Shown here: positions 13,301 through 27,650 of the stretch, one piece after another | Layout of the letters: each line of letters opens with the position of its first letter | Position numbering within the stretch: the stretch's first letter is position 1 | From: Eledone cirrhosa | Lineage: Eukaryota | Direction of reading: 5' to 3' | DNA: 64,000 nucleotides | Assembly: GCA_964016885.1 (NCBI GenBank) | Contig: OZ024746.1 | Coordinates: forward strand, 10,664,001 to 10,728,000 | Notes under the pieces: model-generated | What the model saw: only the letters and a program-made list of their open reading frames with translations | Database searches by the model: none | What the model was told of the DNA's origin: nothing | Made by a program: the position numbers and the translations under genes

Positions 13301-16300
13301 CCTTCCTATCATCTCCACACTACCTACCTATCATCTCCACACTACCTACCTATCATCTCCACACTACCTCCTATCATCTCCACACTACCTACCTATCATC
13401 TCCACACTACCTTCCTATCATCTCCACACTACCTACCTATCATCTCCACACTACCTACCTATCATCTCCACACTAACCTACCTATCATCTCCACACTACC
13501 TACCTATCATCTCCACACTACCTACCTATCATCTCCACACTACCTTCCTATCATCTCACACTACCTACCTATCATCTCCACACTACCTACCTATCATCTC
13601 CACACTACCTACCTATCATCTCCACACTACCTACCTATCATCTCCACACTACCTTCCTATCATCTCCACACTACCTACCTATCATCTCCACACTACCTAC
13701 CTATCATCTCCACACTACCTTCCTATCATCTCCACACTACCTTCCTATCATCTCCACACTACCTACCTATCATCTCCACACTACCTTCCTATCATCTCCA
13801 CACTACCTTCCTATCATCTCCACACTACCTTCCTATCATCTCCACACTACCTACCTATCATCTCCACACTACCTTCCTATCATCTCCACACTACCTTCCT
13901 ATCATCTCCACACTACCTACCTATCATCTCCACACTACCTTCCTATCATCTCCACACTACCTACCTATCATCTCCACACTACCTACCTATCATCTCCACA
14001 CTACCTACCTATCATCTCCACACTACCTACCTATCATCTCCACACTACCTTCCTATCATCTCCACACTACCTACCTATCATCTCCACACTACCTACCTAT
14101 CATCTCCACACTACCTTCCTATCATCTCCACACTACCTTCCTATCATCTCCACACTACCTACCTATCATCTCCACACTACTACCTACCTATCATCTCCAC
14201 ACTACCTTCCTATCATCTCCACACTACCTTCCTATCATCTCCACACTACCTACCTATCATCTCCACACTACCTACCTATCATCTCCACACTACCTACCTA
14301 TCATCTCCACACTACCACCTATCATCTCCACACTACCTCACCTATCATCTCCACACTACCTTCCTATCATCTCCACACTACCTACCTATCATCTCCACAC
14401 TACCTTCCTATCATCTCCACACTACCTTCCTATCATCTCCACACTACCTACCTATCATCTCCACACTACCTTCCTATCATCTCCACACTACCTACCTATC
14501 ATCTCCACACTACCTTCCTATCATCTCCACACTACCTCCTATCATCTCCACACTACCTACCTATCATCTCCACACTACCTTCCTATCATCTCCACACTAC
14601 CTTCCTATCATCTCCACACTACCTACCTATCATCTCCACACTACCTTCCTATCATCTCCACACTACCTTCCTATCATCTCCACACTACCTTCCTATCATC
14701 TCCACACTACCTACCTATCATCTCCACACTACCTTCCTATCATCTCCACACTACCTCCTATCATCCACTACCTACCTATCATCTCCACACTACCTACCTA
14801 TCATCTCCACACTACCACCTATCATCTCCACACTACCTTCCTATCATCTCCACACTACCTACCTATCATCTCCACACTACCTACCTATCATCTCCACACT
14901 ACCTTCCTATCATCTCCACACTACCCACCTATCATCTCCACACTACCTTCCTATCATCTCCACACTACCCTACCTATCATCTCCACACTACCTACCTATC
15001 ATCTCCACACTACCTTCCTATCATCTCCACACTACCTTCCTATCATCTCCACACTACCTACCTATCATCTCCACACTACCTACCTATCATCTCCACACTA
15101 CCTTCCTATCATCTCCACACTACCTTCCTATCATCTCCACACTACCTACCTATCATCTCCACACTACCTACCTATCATCTCCACACTACCTACCTATCAT
15201 CTCCACACTACCTTCCTATCATCTCCACACTACCTACCTATCATCTCCACACTACCTTCCTATCATCTCCACACTACCTACCTATCATCTCCACACTACC
15301 TACCTATCATCTCCACACTACCTACCTATCATCTCCACACTACCTACCTATCATCTCCACACTACCTTCCTATCATCTCCACACTACCTACCTATCATCT
15401 CCACACTACCTTCCTATCATCTCCACACTACCTACCTATCATCTCCACACTACCTACCTATCATCTCCACACTACCTACCTATCATCTCCACACTACCTA
15501 CCTATCATCTCCACACTACCTTCCTATCATCTCCACACTACCTTCCTATCATCTCCACACTACCTACCTATCATCTCCACACTACCTACCTATCATCTCC
15601 ACACTACCTACCTATCATCTCCACACTACCTACCTATCATCTCCACACTACCTCCTATCATCTCCACACTACCTTCCTATCATCTCCACACTACCTACCT
15701 ATCATCTCCACACTACCTACCTATCATCTCCACACTACCTACCTATCATCTCCACACTACCTACCTATCATCTCCACACTACCTACCTATCATCTCCACA
15801 CTACCTACCTATCATCTCCACACTACCTTCCTATCATCTCCACACTACCTACCTATCATCTCCACACTACCTACCTATCATCTCCACACTACCTTCCTAT
15901 CATCTCCACACTACCTACCTATCATCTCCACACTACCTACCTATCATCTCCACACTACCTTCCTATCATCTCCACACTACCTACCTATCATCTCCACACT
16001 ACCTACCTATCATCTCCACACTACCTTCCTATCATCTCCACACTACCTACCTATCATCTCCACACTACCTTCCTATCATCTCCACACTACCTTCCTATCA
16101 TCTCCACACTACCTTCCTATCATCTCCACACTACCTCCTATCATCTCCACACTACCTTCCTATCATCTCCACACTACCTACCTATCATCTCCACACTACC
16201 TACCTATCATCTCCACACTACCTACCTATCATCTCCACACTACCTACCTATCATCTCCACACTACCTACCTATCATCTCCACACTACCTACCTACCTATC

Positions 16301-17016
16301 ATCTCCACACTACCTACCTATCATCTCCACACTACCTACCTATCATCTCCACACTACCTACCTATCATCTCCACACTACCTTCCTATCATCTCCACACTA
16401 CCTACCTATCATCTCCACACTACCTACCTATCATCTCCACACTACCTTCCTATCATCTCCACACTACCTACCTATCATCTCCACACTACCTTCCTATCAT
16501 CTCCACACTACCTTCCTATCATCTCCACACTACCTACCTATCATCTCCACACTACCTTCCTATCATCTCCACACTACCTTCCTATCATCTCCACACTACC
16601 TACCTATCATCTCCACACTACCTTCCTATCATCTCCACACTACCTTCCTATCATCTCCACACTACCTACCTATCATCTCCACACTACCCACCTATCATCT
16701 CCACACTACCCACCTATCATCTCCACACTACCTTCCTATCATCTCCACACTACCTACCTATCATCTCCACACTACCTTCCTATCATCTCCACACTACCTT
16801 CCTATCATCTCCACACTACCTACCTATCATCTCCACACTACCTTCCTATCATCTCCACACTACCACCTATCATCTCCACACTACCCACCTATCATCTCCA
16901 CACTACCTTCCTATCATCTCCACACTACCTACCTATCATCTCCACACTACCTTCCTATCATCTCCACACTACCTACCTATCATCTCCACAACCTATCACC
17001 TACCTTCCTATCATCT
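7309..17016. repeat. 22-bp tandem satellite, about 440 copies, almost G-free on the + strand
   Basis: Unit CATCTCCACACTACC[TTC|TAC|CAC]CTAT, with 18-bp and 26-bp length variants; runs into the assembly gap. Confidence 0.98.
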
Positions 17017-17216
17017 NNNNNNNNNNNNNNNNNNNNNNNNNNNNNNNNNNNNNNNNNNNNNNNNNNNNNNNNNNNNNNNNNNNNNNNNNNNNNNNNNNNN
17101 NNNNNNNNNNNNNNNNNNNNNNNNNNNNNNNNNNNNNNNNNNNNNNNNNNNNNNNNNNNNNNNNNNNNNNNNNNNNNNNNNNNNNNNNNNNNNNNNNNNN
17201 NNNNNNNNNNNNNNNN
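17017..17216. other. Assembly gap (200 N)
   Basis: Run of N. Confidence 1.
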
Positions 17217-17338
17217 TATATAAATCTTCATATGAAGATACTAGACCTGGCCACCTCTAACGGGGGAAGTACCATGAAAGAAAAGTGGCCCCCCGAATTG
17301 GGAGAAAATGAGGGCAAAATGGGGAGATATTACATAAT

Positions 17339-17568
17339 GGTTTCTTATATAGGTACAAGGTTTCTTATATAGGTACAGAGGTTTCTTATATAGGTACAAG
17401 GTTTTCTTATATAGGTACCAAGGTTTTCTTAAATAGGTACAAGGTTTCTTATATAGGTACAAGGTTTCTTTATATAAGCACACAAGGTTTCTTATATAGG
17501 TTACAAGGTTTCTTAAATAGGTACAAGGTTTCTTATATAGGTACAAGGTTTCTTATATAAGCACAAGG
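17339..17568. repeat. ~20-bp tandem repeat, about 11 copies, derived from the SINE 3' terminus
   Basis: TTTCTTATATAGGTACAAGG units; the last unit runs directly into CCAGCAATT of the adjacent SINE. Confidence 0.85.
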
Positions 17569-17740
17569 CCAGCAATTTTTGGGGGGAGGGGGAACGTCGA
17601 TTAAATCGACCCAGTGCATGACTAGTACTTTATTTCCTCGACCCCGTAAGGATGAAAGGCAAAGTTAACCTCGGCGGGATTTGAACTCAGATCATAAAGG
17701 GCCGTAACTCTATGCTGCAAAGCATGGCGTCCGACCCTTA
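17548..17740 (-). mobile_element. tRNA-derived SINE, family A (long form)
   Basis: GCACAAGGCCAGCAATT...GTCGATTAAATCGACCCAG...GACCCCGTAAGGATGAAAGGCAAAGTTAACCTCGGCGGGATTTGAACTCAG. Confidence 0.85.
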
Positions 17741-18211
17741 CACAGTACAGGTATTAGGATACTGAGCCGCTATTTAATATTTTTAGTGAAAAGGTGTAAT
17801 GAGGTTGACTGTGGTACATTTTACAAAGATTTCTTTCTTTCTTTACATTCTCTTCTTTCGTTAATTGAAGGTAGAATTCCTTGACTTCTATAGAAACGAG
17901 CAAGGAGGTCTTTTAGTGCTGGCAAATTTTTCTACTCTAATAGATTGAAAAGTTGGCAAATTTTGTTTTTCTTTTATACTTTCATTTTGGTTTTTAAAAC
18001 TTGTTTTGTATTTGTTATTGGATCCCAATTTTGTGTCACCATTTATACCCCCCCCCAACATTAGAGGGTCTTTTGTGTTGTTGTTGTTGTTGTTGTTGTT
18101 GTTAGGGGTGGGGTTAGTTTAGACTATTTAAAGATGGACTACGTTGAATCAGTTGCTTTATCGCGTTTGGGAATATGACAGTCATTCGGTTGTCACTTTC
18201 TTTCTTTCTAA

Positions 18212-18328
<117 letters not shown>

Positions 18329-18491
18329 TTGATATTATATCTCATATGAAATGATACAGCCAATTTTCCACACAATACAATTAGTTAGCACCCCGAACGT
18401 TTAATTAGGAATATACTCAGGTATTTTCCTAATGTTTATTGAGTGAGTTGGAATTTGGCCGGAGTATCGCTATTAGCTTTCTCCGATTATG

Positions 18492-18531
<40 letters not shown>

Positions 18532-18608
18532 ACCACCCCACTCTCAAGAGCGTGAAATTAATAAACCTTTGTTCGTACTGCCTCTCTGTTTTGTTCCCGT
18601 TCAATTTT

Positions 18609-18659
<51 letters not shown>

Positions 18660-19401
18660 GTGTGTGTGTATGTATGCATATATGTATGCATGTATATATG
18701 TATGCGTGCCTGTGCGTATCTGTGTGCATGTGTGTGTGGTTAGTGTCGCATCATGAAAAACTCGATCGTTCTGTTCACTTGCATCATATGCTGTACAATA
18801 ACATCTATTAATTCTCCGTCAGACATTCTACGAAAGACTGGTCGAAAACAAAGTGAAAACTAAGCGGAATATGTCGGCTGTTTCAAACGATGAGCAGTTA
18901 TTATTAGATGGATCTCAAAATGCTAGAGATACTGTCTGTGCTCAGTGAGTATAACTACTATAGAATTCATAGACACTATGATTTACCTAATTAAATAGAA
19001 AGATATGTAGAATGTAGGAAATATATATAGCCAGCATGATAGCAGCGTAGCTACATCGTTGAGTGCGTCTATAGATATAAATATACTTGGTAGATAAATG
19101 GATAGCCAGATATTAAAATGGCGGATATACAGACTAATAAAGATATAGCTAGGGTGGATTATTGATTAGATAATATGCTTTATTTGCATATCAGTATATT
19201 AACGTCAATATTAACACGTCATACTATTGAGAGACATATAATTCACGACCGTCTCAAACCATTGCATAGTACACTAGTTTGGACATTAGTTGTGTCGCAT
19301 CTACTTACTTACATACATAGCTACTTACATAGGTACGTACATACATAGGTACTTATATACATACATGGGTACTTACTTACATACATACATATATACACAG
19401 A

Positions 19402-19435
<34 letters not shown>

Positions 19436-19669
19436 CATACATACATACATACATACATACATACATACATACATACACACATAGGTACTTACATACATAC
19501 ATACATACATTGGTACTTACATACATAGGTACGTACACACATACATACATAGATAGGTACGTACATACACAAATACATACATAGGTACGTACATACATAC
19601 ATAGGTACGTACATACATACACACATACATACATATACACATAATACATACATACATACACACATACAT

Positions 19670-20300
19670 GGTGGCTGCCAACTCGTTTTCGAGTACGGCC
19701 ACTACTTTATATCCATGTAGGAGGACCCCTACCAATGCGCTGAACAAGCGTGACTTTTTAGTCCAGCCAGCGACTTGAAAACTCTGGTACAAACACTACA
19801 CTTGTGACAATTATTGACACATAGTGCTGAGTCCATGGTACCATGTGACGACAAGTGCAGAGAGATCTCCAGATATAAAGCAATGCCTGTGCCGTGAAGC
19901 TTTTATAGTGAGCAAAGGCACTGCACAAAGCCAGTCCCACTCTCTTAACCAAGATGATATTGACCAAAAAGTAGAAGTCAACATCATTGGATACCATCAG
20001 GGTTGCAGGTGTTATATCAGAGTTTTCCTTCTCCTCGAATTCTGCCTTGACAAAGGCTAAGGGGTCATCTCTCCCGGTGATTTTGGATGGCCATTGACCC
20101 TTAAGAGCTCCTTTTCCCTTTGACAGGTTTTGTTTTTAGTCCTGCAGGATGTCCAAAGTCACCCTCCTCACCAAGAAACCTTGGTGGGGTTGCCAGTTTA
20201 GTCGCCAACGACCCGACCATGAGACAGGTTGTACTGGGATACATGTTACCAGTAGCACCAACTGGTGACCTGCACATATTGGTCACTAACTGGTGACCTG
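19670..20300 (-). mobile_element. Probable 5' region of an RTE-type LINE (degenerate)
   Basis: GC-richer island. Minus strand carries GAGGAGAAGGAAAACTCTGA..AACACCTG and GGCGACTAAACTGGCAACCCCACC, resembling motifs I recall from RTE 5' UTRs; no convincing protein motif. Confidence 0.35.
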
Positions 20301-20574
20301 ACACACATACATACATACATACATACATACATACATACATACATACATACATACATACTTACATGCATGCATATATCCATGCATACATACATTTATGTGT
20401 GTACATGTGTGTTTTTATAAAGTTGGTGTAAATGTATACAATATTTATGTTAAATTTAATTCTGTTAAATTTATTAATAAATACTTATATTTCAGCATAC
20501 ACATTTATTTACAAATACACATTGATATACATGAACACATGCGATTGTATGGATACACGTACTCACACACACAC

Positions 20575-20637
<63 letters not shown>

Positions 20638-20774
20638 AGAAAAATCACAGACCCTCCATCTCAACTCTACTTTTGAAAAGCAGAAGAACTGCGAAACCAA
20701 TAAAGGAACCAAATAAATATATATATTTTTTTAAAAATAAGACTCCAGGTGCATTATCGATTTCATCTTTTTTT

Positions 20775-20926
<152 letters not shown>

Positions 20927-20934
20927 ATAAATAT

Positions 20935-20968
<34 letters not shown>

Positions 20969-20972
20969 ATAC

Positions 20973-21003
<31 letters not shown>

Positions 21004-21037
21004 TATATGTATATAAATATATATATACATATATATG

Positions 21038-21096
<59 letters not shown>

Positions 21097-21104
21097 ATAA
21101 ATAT

Positions 21105-21138
<34 letters not shown>

Positions 21139-21142
21139 ATAC

Positions 21143-21187
<45 letters not shown>

Positions 21188-21209
21188 AATATATATATAC
21201 ATATATATG

Positions 21210-21243
<34 letters not shown>

Positions 21244-22029
21244 CATATATTTACATATATATATACATACACACACACACATATGTATGTGCATATATAT
21301 ATATATAGAGAGAGAGAAAGAGAGTCACAGAGAAGTGAGAGAGGGGATGGTAGGGAAGGGAGGTAATGAGTGAGAGATACATTTGCAAACACACCAGTGA
21401 ATGCACACATAATCTCGCACATGATCTCGCACATGATCACACAATTCTGCACATACGATCCTATCATTAATACTCTAGGTATTGCTTATGCAAGAAATGG
21501 TGTTTGATATAACACCATATCGTTTCTCTAAGCTGTGAAATAAGGTGAGAAATATGAAGAACTTGAAAGGAATCGCCAAGGAAACCTGCTGAAAGCTTCG
21601 ATAATGGAGTCTTCATAGTTTTTGATGCGATTGGGATAAAGATGAAGGCAGAATGTAACTAAATAATGTGATGGCTTTTGTAGAGCAAATGTGTTGAATG
21701 AGATAGAGTATTGTTATAAGAATGATACTGTATGTAGAAATACCATTCATCTAAATAAAACAGACACACCGTTTCTGGCAATATATATAATTGTTGAATA
21801 AGATTTTGATGGAGATAACATTGATGAAAGAGAAATCACTCTGTCGGACAAGATATAATGTTGTGTGTAATATATATTATACCACTGATTAGTGATTAGT
21901 ATCGAAGGTGATATCATACCGATTGAAATAGTTCTTGTTCTCGTTTTTGTGTTGTTTAACCTCAGGTCAACTCACACTGCACAAACCCAGCACTATATTA
22001 TCGAATATCTAAAGACTGTCTTGCCAGTA

Positions 22030-22283
22030 CGCTCGCCTGGTTTCGTGGCTTGAAGCGATTGAGAATACAAGACTTCCCCCTGGATAGGACGCCGGTTCAT
22101 CGCAAGGTTAACCCCTCCACTCAGCTATTGCTGGTACTAATTTTCAGCTGAGTATACTGGAGCAATATGAAATGAAATGTTTTGTTCAAGAACACAACAC
22201 AACCCTTCCTAGCCCAGGAATCGAACCCATGACGTTATGATCGTAGGTGCAACAGCCTGATCACTAGGCCACATGCCTCCACA
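22030..22283 (-). mobile_element. tRNA-derived SINE with CORE-like domain (family B variant)
   Basis: Minus strand GTGGCCTAGTGA (A box) and GGTTCGATTCC (B box), then GTGTTCTTGAACAAAACATTTCATTTCATATTGCTCCAGTATACTCAGCTGAAAA. Confidence 0.75.
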
Positions 22284-22466
22284 TATCTAATATGTCCTTC
22301 TATATTTACCACGGCAGGTTGTGATTTGAGAGAAATTTAGTTACCATCCCTAGGAAATCAAACGTTAATTCACGACTAAAATAGCTTTGACAAGATAAAA
22401 TACTTATCATAATGTTGAATATGATATGGCTGAATAAAATATAATACTATATATATCTATATATAT

Positions 22467-22517
<51 letters not shown>

Positions 22518-22742
22518 GTTTAGAATCCCTTAGTATATAAAACATTTAAACATTAACTGAAGGAGCACTGAATACTTGTAGGTAGATTGTAAATTTTATT
22601 TTCTGTGTAGAAGAGTGGCAGTATCTTCAGCTCACTATTACATCACATGACTTTCCCTGTTATGTAGCATGTTGTAATCAGCGTCTGGCTTCACACTTCA
22701 TTATATAGTTTCTGAATGAGTTTTGTCATTGAAATGGACCTT

Positions 22743-22819
22743 TCACCAGAACTGCAGACTTTCAGGCATTTTGATTAATGCGTCGAAGAAACGTTCATGG
22801 AGGTGGAGATATAATATTT
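22743..22819 (-). CDS. Candidate terminal coding exon of an unidentified host gene
   Basis: Acceptor TTTCTTTTAG. The phase-1 frame reads (E)ILYLHLHERFFDALIKMPESLQFW*, in phase with the candidate exon at 22951-23051. Confidence 0.35.
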
Positions 22820-22950
22820 CTAAAAGAAATATTATAATTATTTATTTTAACTAGTCACGAAGCTAAATATTGTAAAGGTGATATATAGTAAATTTAGTTG
22901 ATGACTTATTAGTTTGGAAAGCAGATTTAATCTGTAACCGTATCTTATAC

Positions 22951-23051
22951 CACCACCAGGTCCTTGTGGTAACGCATGAGTTACAGTTTCGTCCCCTCCT
23001 CTCACTAATCTCTGAGGCATTGTAGAAATGTCATAACTGTCATTTCCTCCA
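22951..23051 (-). CDS. Candidate internal coding exon
   Basis: Acceptor TAATCAG, donor G|GTATAA; 101 nt, phase 2 to phase 1; GGNDSYDISTMPQRLVRGGDETVTHALPQGPGG; 131-nt intron to the next candidate exon. Confidence 0.35.
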
Positions 23052-24000
23052 CTGATTAAGTTATTCAAAAGACAATAGAAGTATTAATTTCATTTGACTT
23101 TAGGATGTTGAAAGGCAAAGATAAACAAGGTTTACTTTTGAACTAATGATACGAAACAGATGTAAGGCGTTTAATCCAGTATACTACAATTTCTGCCACT
23201 CTGATAGAGATATCGTATTTAACGAATCTAATATTATACTGTTGATGGAAATATCATCCTGTAGATTATATATGGTTGATGGAGATTTTCACTTGAATAT
23301 AATGTTATTGAATATCATTTTCTTTTTATCAAAACAGTATACCAGAGAAATGGAAATGTATTGACGATAGAGATAGTGTATGCTTGAGTATTATGTCATT
23401 GAATATATTTTTAAGGAGATATCATAATGTTGCTGGAGACATTGGATACCGAAGAAAAAATACAATGTTGGTGAAGGTTTTATAAACTGGAGAAGATTAT
23501 ATATTTTTGATGAAATATATTGTTTGCGGAGATATCAAATATCGCAGAACAAAATGTTGTTGATGGAGATATGGATATAATATTAATAATAATGTTGAAC
23601 AAGATATGCTATTGAATTATCTATTGTCGATGAATATAGCATCAGCTGAATAAAATATGTAGTTAAATAGAGTTGAAAGTGTTATCATCTGTACAATCCA
23701 CGTAGAAATATTTAAAAATATTTTCCCATCAACAACCAGAAAGCAACTCCTGAAATTCTATTATTGGCAATATCAATTGAAGTTGTAAGTGTTCTAGGCT
23801 TTTTACAATATACTGGTTTCTTTTTCACTGGTAGTGTGGATAATCTGCTCGATATAGTAGCGGACCGCTCATATAAATGAAACCAGTCATATTCTGTTAC
23901 ACTATGTATGTAGCCGACTATATTATTTTCTTAGATGGCTCAGTACATCTAGCTGTATACAATATTTGCAGGACGAGATAAGTTTTTCAGTATTATAAAT

Positions 24001-24222
24001 TTGGCGAGTATTTAGTCAAATTTTAGTTAGAGGATCGAAAAAAAATATCTTACGTTTTCTATTCTGCTTTTCACGATCTGTGTTCAAATCCTTTCTAGCT
24101 AAACATTGCCTTTCATCCTTCCAGGGCTGATAAAATAAAGAGCCAGTGAAGTATTGATGTCGATTTAATTTGCTAACCACATAAAAATCTCGGCTTTGTG
24201 TCAATGTTAGTAACAATTATTT
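24001..24222 (+). mobile_element. Old SINE, family A
   Basis: GTGTTCAAATCC...TTGCCTTTCATCCTTCCAGGGCTGATAAAATAAAG...GGCTTTGTGTC...AACAATTATT. Confidence 0.65.
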
Positions 24223-25514
24223 CAACTCTATAAACAGAATTCGTAGAGCACATTATAAAATGTCTTCCCTGTTTTGGCCGTGTCCCTTTGCTTTCCATTA
24301 CCTGGAATACTGTTATTACAATAGAAAATACAAACCAAACTAAAATGCTACACATATCAAAGGCGCAATAGCTGTGCTCTTTAACGCAGTGAAAGTATGC
24401 AATAAAAATAAGATAGTGAAAGGTAATAATAATAGCTTGGTTTCAATTTGTTGATATGTAACGATAACATGAAGATATGTTTTCATGTTCTGGCTACTTT
24501 TCTAGTTTAACAGACAAAAATGTGATTATAACTATCCCAAAGAATGAATATTGGTTAGTAGATTTCAAATATTTAGAATTTACTTCTATCAAATATACCG
24601 ACCTTTTCATGTGTAATAAAATAGAAATGGTGTTGTGTAACACAGGAACAAGGCCACCCATTATGATTGTAGTGGGCAGCAGTAAATATAACTATTTCCA
24701 ATAATTGACTACTCTTATATTTTATAGAGGGAAACGGAAATCAAAGGGGCATGACCTAAACATGAAATGTAATGTGATCTACGAATTCTGCCAGAGTTGA
24801 AACAATTGTTTCTAACGTTGACACAATAACCGGGTTATAATGTGTTAACAAGAAACTCAGTCCGAGGGCACCCAAGGATCAGGTAGGCGAAATATACTAG
24901 ATTGCATTTCCTCTCCTGGTGGTCAGTGACAGTCACATACATCTGATTAGCCTTGATGTTCCTGTTTTTTTCGGGGTGGGTGGAGGGGTTCGCATAACCC
25001 ATTATATAGTTACATTGTCATACTAAAGCAGGGCCGGCCGGATTTACTAATAGGCATAGCAGGCCATTGGCCTAGGTCTACGGGTATCGGGGCCCACTGA
25101 AACTAATTTGATTAAAACTAATGTGTTAAATTGTATTGAAATTCATATTTCTTACATTATAATATTGTGATATGACGGTGCCCCAGCATGGCCTCAGCCT
25201 TTCGGCTGGAACACGTAATAGAGTAATAGAGTATTTGTTGACATTTGGCCATTGCAAAAAATACAGTAAATATATATACATATATTGGATACTGAAATAT
25301 GCCACCATTTCTATAAATTTGGGGACCCACTGATGAGTTTGGCTAGGGCTCACAAGTAGGTAAATCTCACCAAGTTAGGTAAATCTTCCAAGACCTTGAT
25401 ATTTCATAATTCTGGAATAACTCTCAATATATGAAATATACAATTCCCTAATGTCTTCAGATATATATTCTTGACTAAAACTTAGTAGTCAGAAAGCAGT
25501 CTGATTGATAATTT

Positions 25515-25600
25515 CTCGTGAGGAATGGCTGTTTCAACGCGCCCCCCTCGCTATCCTCCGAGGTAACGCTTTCTCCATTTTGTCCGTTTGGGCAATGAGG
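25515..25600 (+). mobile_element. 3' fragment of CRE-like non-LTR element (restriction-like endonuclease C-terminus)
   Basis: Translates REEWLFQRAPLAILRGNAFSILS, homologous to the 44890 and 61940 copies. Confidence 0.65.
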
Positions 25601-25735
25601 CGTTTTGTCCCTGGGATTCTGTACACCGGAGTGCCTTCTCAAGGCATATATCATTGATGTAGCGATGGTGGCGGATGTTGATAGTTATGCGTAAACACAT
25701 AATCACAATTAATAATCGGAATATTTATATTTGTT

Positions 25736-25818
<83 letters not shown>

Positions 25819-26149
25819 AAAAATTCTTAAACCTTAGATGTACCTTCCATACATTCTGCAGTTATTTTATGTATTTTTATTTTATTGTACGTTTTTGTTA
25901 GCTTTTGTTGAGAAAGCTTTGATCCTGTGCCGCCGCAATTCTATACTTCTCAGTGAATGTTGCTGCAATTTTTTTTTCGGTTATTTCCCTGATATTCATT
26001 GTCCCCCCCCCCCCCACCATATTAACCATGCAGAAGCTTTTCTTAGAATTTTTTTAGCATGACATTCTGTATCCCCGATATTTTTAGGGAAGGGTAGGCG
26101 TGTAGCTATTTCACAATTTCTGTTTCTATTTCTCCTTTTGCTTCATAAC

Positions 26150-27650
26150 TATTTGCCATTTTGGCTTCTGTTGGCATTTGTTTGTTTCCTAGAAGACAGA
26201 AATATATTTGTTTTAATCATGTTTTATGGTTATTTGTATTAGCTTTCTATTATTCTTTACAAGACTTAATTATGGTCCTACAGCGGATATTTTATAATAC
26301 TATTTCTAATTACAGAATGTCACTACTTTCCTGTATCCGCGGTAAGTACAATTTGTCGCATTTAATGTGGTGTATACTAAATTTAGTTACTATTTTTATT
26401 TATTTATCAGACTTACTAATGCATTTGATATTCAGTTGATAATATATCTATAACATATTACTCTAATAATTAGAGTATTGATGTCTATTACCTTATGTTT
26501 GGCCTTTAGCTCTATTTGCAGTAATATTCCAAATCCGTCTAAAATATTCCTTCCTAAGCTTTCCTTTCATTCATGAGTAACATACTCTATGTCACTAATT
26601 GATGCCTAAGTTTTTGTAAGTCTGGGTTTGATCTAATTCCCTTATCTCTCTTTCAATAGAATGATATTCGTATTCTTAATTAATGTTCCCTCTTTCAAGG
26701 TTGTTTTCCCTCTAGTATATCCACGTGTCGTCTACACCAGTGTTCATAGCTACTTATCATCTAAAAAGAATGGTTGATTGCCCCCTCTCAAGGTATTTGC
26801 TTTCGAGTTTAGCCTGGTTTAACTTGAAGGTCAAATGTGTTAAACAAGGCAGAAAACGACTGGAGACGAGTGTCCTCTTGCAATATTACGCTTCTAATAG
26901 AGATCAGCTTAGGTTTTATCATTCTCTCATTAGCATTTGCAGTATCATGACATGTTTAATGTATCTGATTATTATTCGTGCTAACGTACTCGTGGCTAAT
27001 GTCTCTTGGATAGTGGGGAACACTGCTAAAAACCTCCTGATACTCAACCAATGCCATGCAATGACTCGTCCTTCTGCTACAGTCTTCCGTCATGAATGTA
27101 TTTATCAGTAATTGATCATTACAACCATATCAGCTTTTTCAGCATCCCATTTATTCTTTTAGGATAAAGTTCATTTTTGAAAAGTTTATCCTTTGCGGTA
27201 TTATTGCAGTTAAAGTCTTGTAAGCTGTAGGAGAAAAAAATGTCCTGGGTTTGTATATTCTAGGGTTTGCTATTTCTTTAGTCTTAGCGATTGAAGTGTT
27301 CCCGACTCCATCTCTGGCTCCTTCAGTAACTAATTAAATATCTCTGCTAACACTTTATATACTTTTAAATAATTTAAGCAGATGTTTGGGATTTTACAAA
27401 TTCCTGGCGCATTCCAGTTGTTTGTTTCGTATCGTCTGGGACAGTTCATGCACTGAAATATGATTCCTTGTTATTTAATCGGTGTTGAAGAATATATTTT
27501 AAGAAAAGTAAGTAGCTCTCCCCTCATGTTAAACAATCCTGGTGTTTTTTAAACAACTGTCCTTCGTTTTTCGTATTATCAAAATCATATTTTAACAATT
27601 TTATGTGAGTTACTACCACGCCACAAAGTATATCTCACGGTATTTTGTTG
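26150..27650 (-). mobile_element. Degenerate R4/Dong-like non-LTR retrotransposon RT region
   Basis: Frameshifted minus-strand motifs in order: NPRIYKP...PTAYKTLTAII, DQLLINTFMTEDC, MALVEYQEVFSSVPH, ELDQTQTYKNLGIN, MKGKLRKEYFRRI, IDINTL, DKLYLPR. Confidence 0.75.

Noticed and set aside
736-17016. CRISPR-like arrays
   Set aside because: Units are head-to-tail with no unique spacers, there are no cas genes, and the context is eukaryotic.
7268-17372. 3330-aa and 2219-aa His/Pro/Thr-rich ORFs
   Set aside because: The G-free 22-mer almost never forms stop codons; the ORFs are open in multiple frames and cross the N gap.
20190-20270. HDV-like ribozyme in the putative RTE 5' UTR (minus strand)
   Set aside because: A P2-like CCAGT/ACTGG, a P4-like hairpin and CTAA are present, but I could not build P1, P1.1 or a canonical L3.
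24173-24355. ORF or exon candidate FQVMESKGTRPKQGRHF
   Set aside because: Overlaps decayed SINE-like sequence and has no convincing donor.
25029-25367. hAT-like MITE starting CAGGGCCGG, and a CTGATGA at 25330
   Set aside because: Right TIR incomplete and no TSD found; the CTGATGA has no downstream GAAA.
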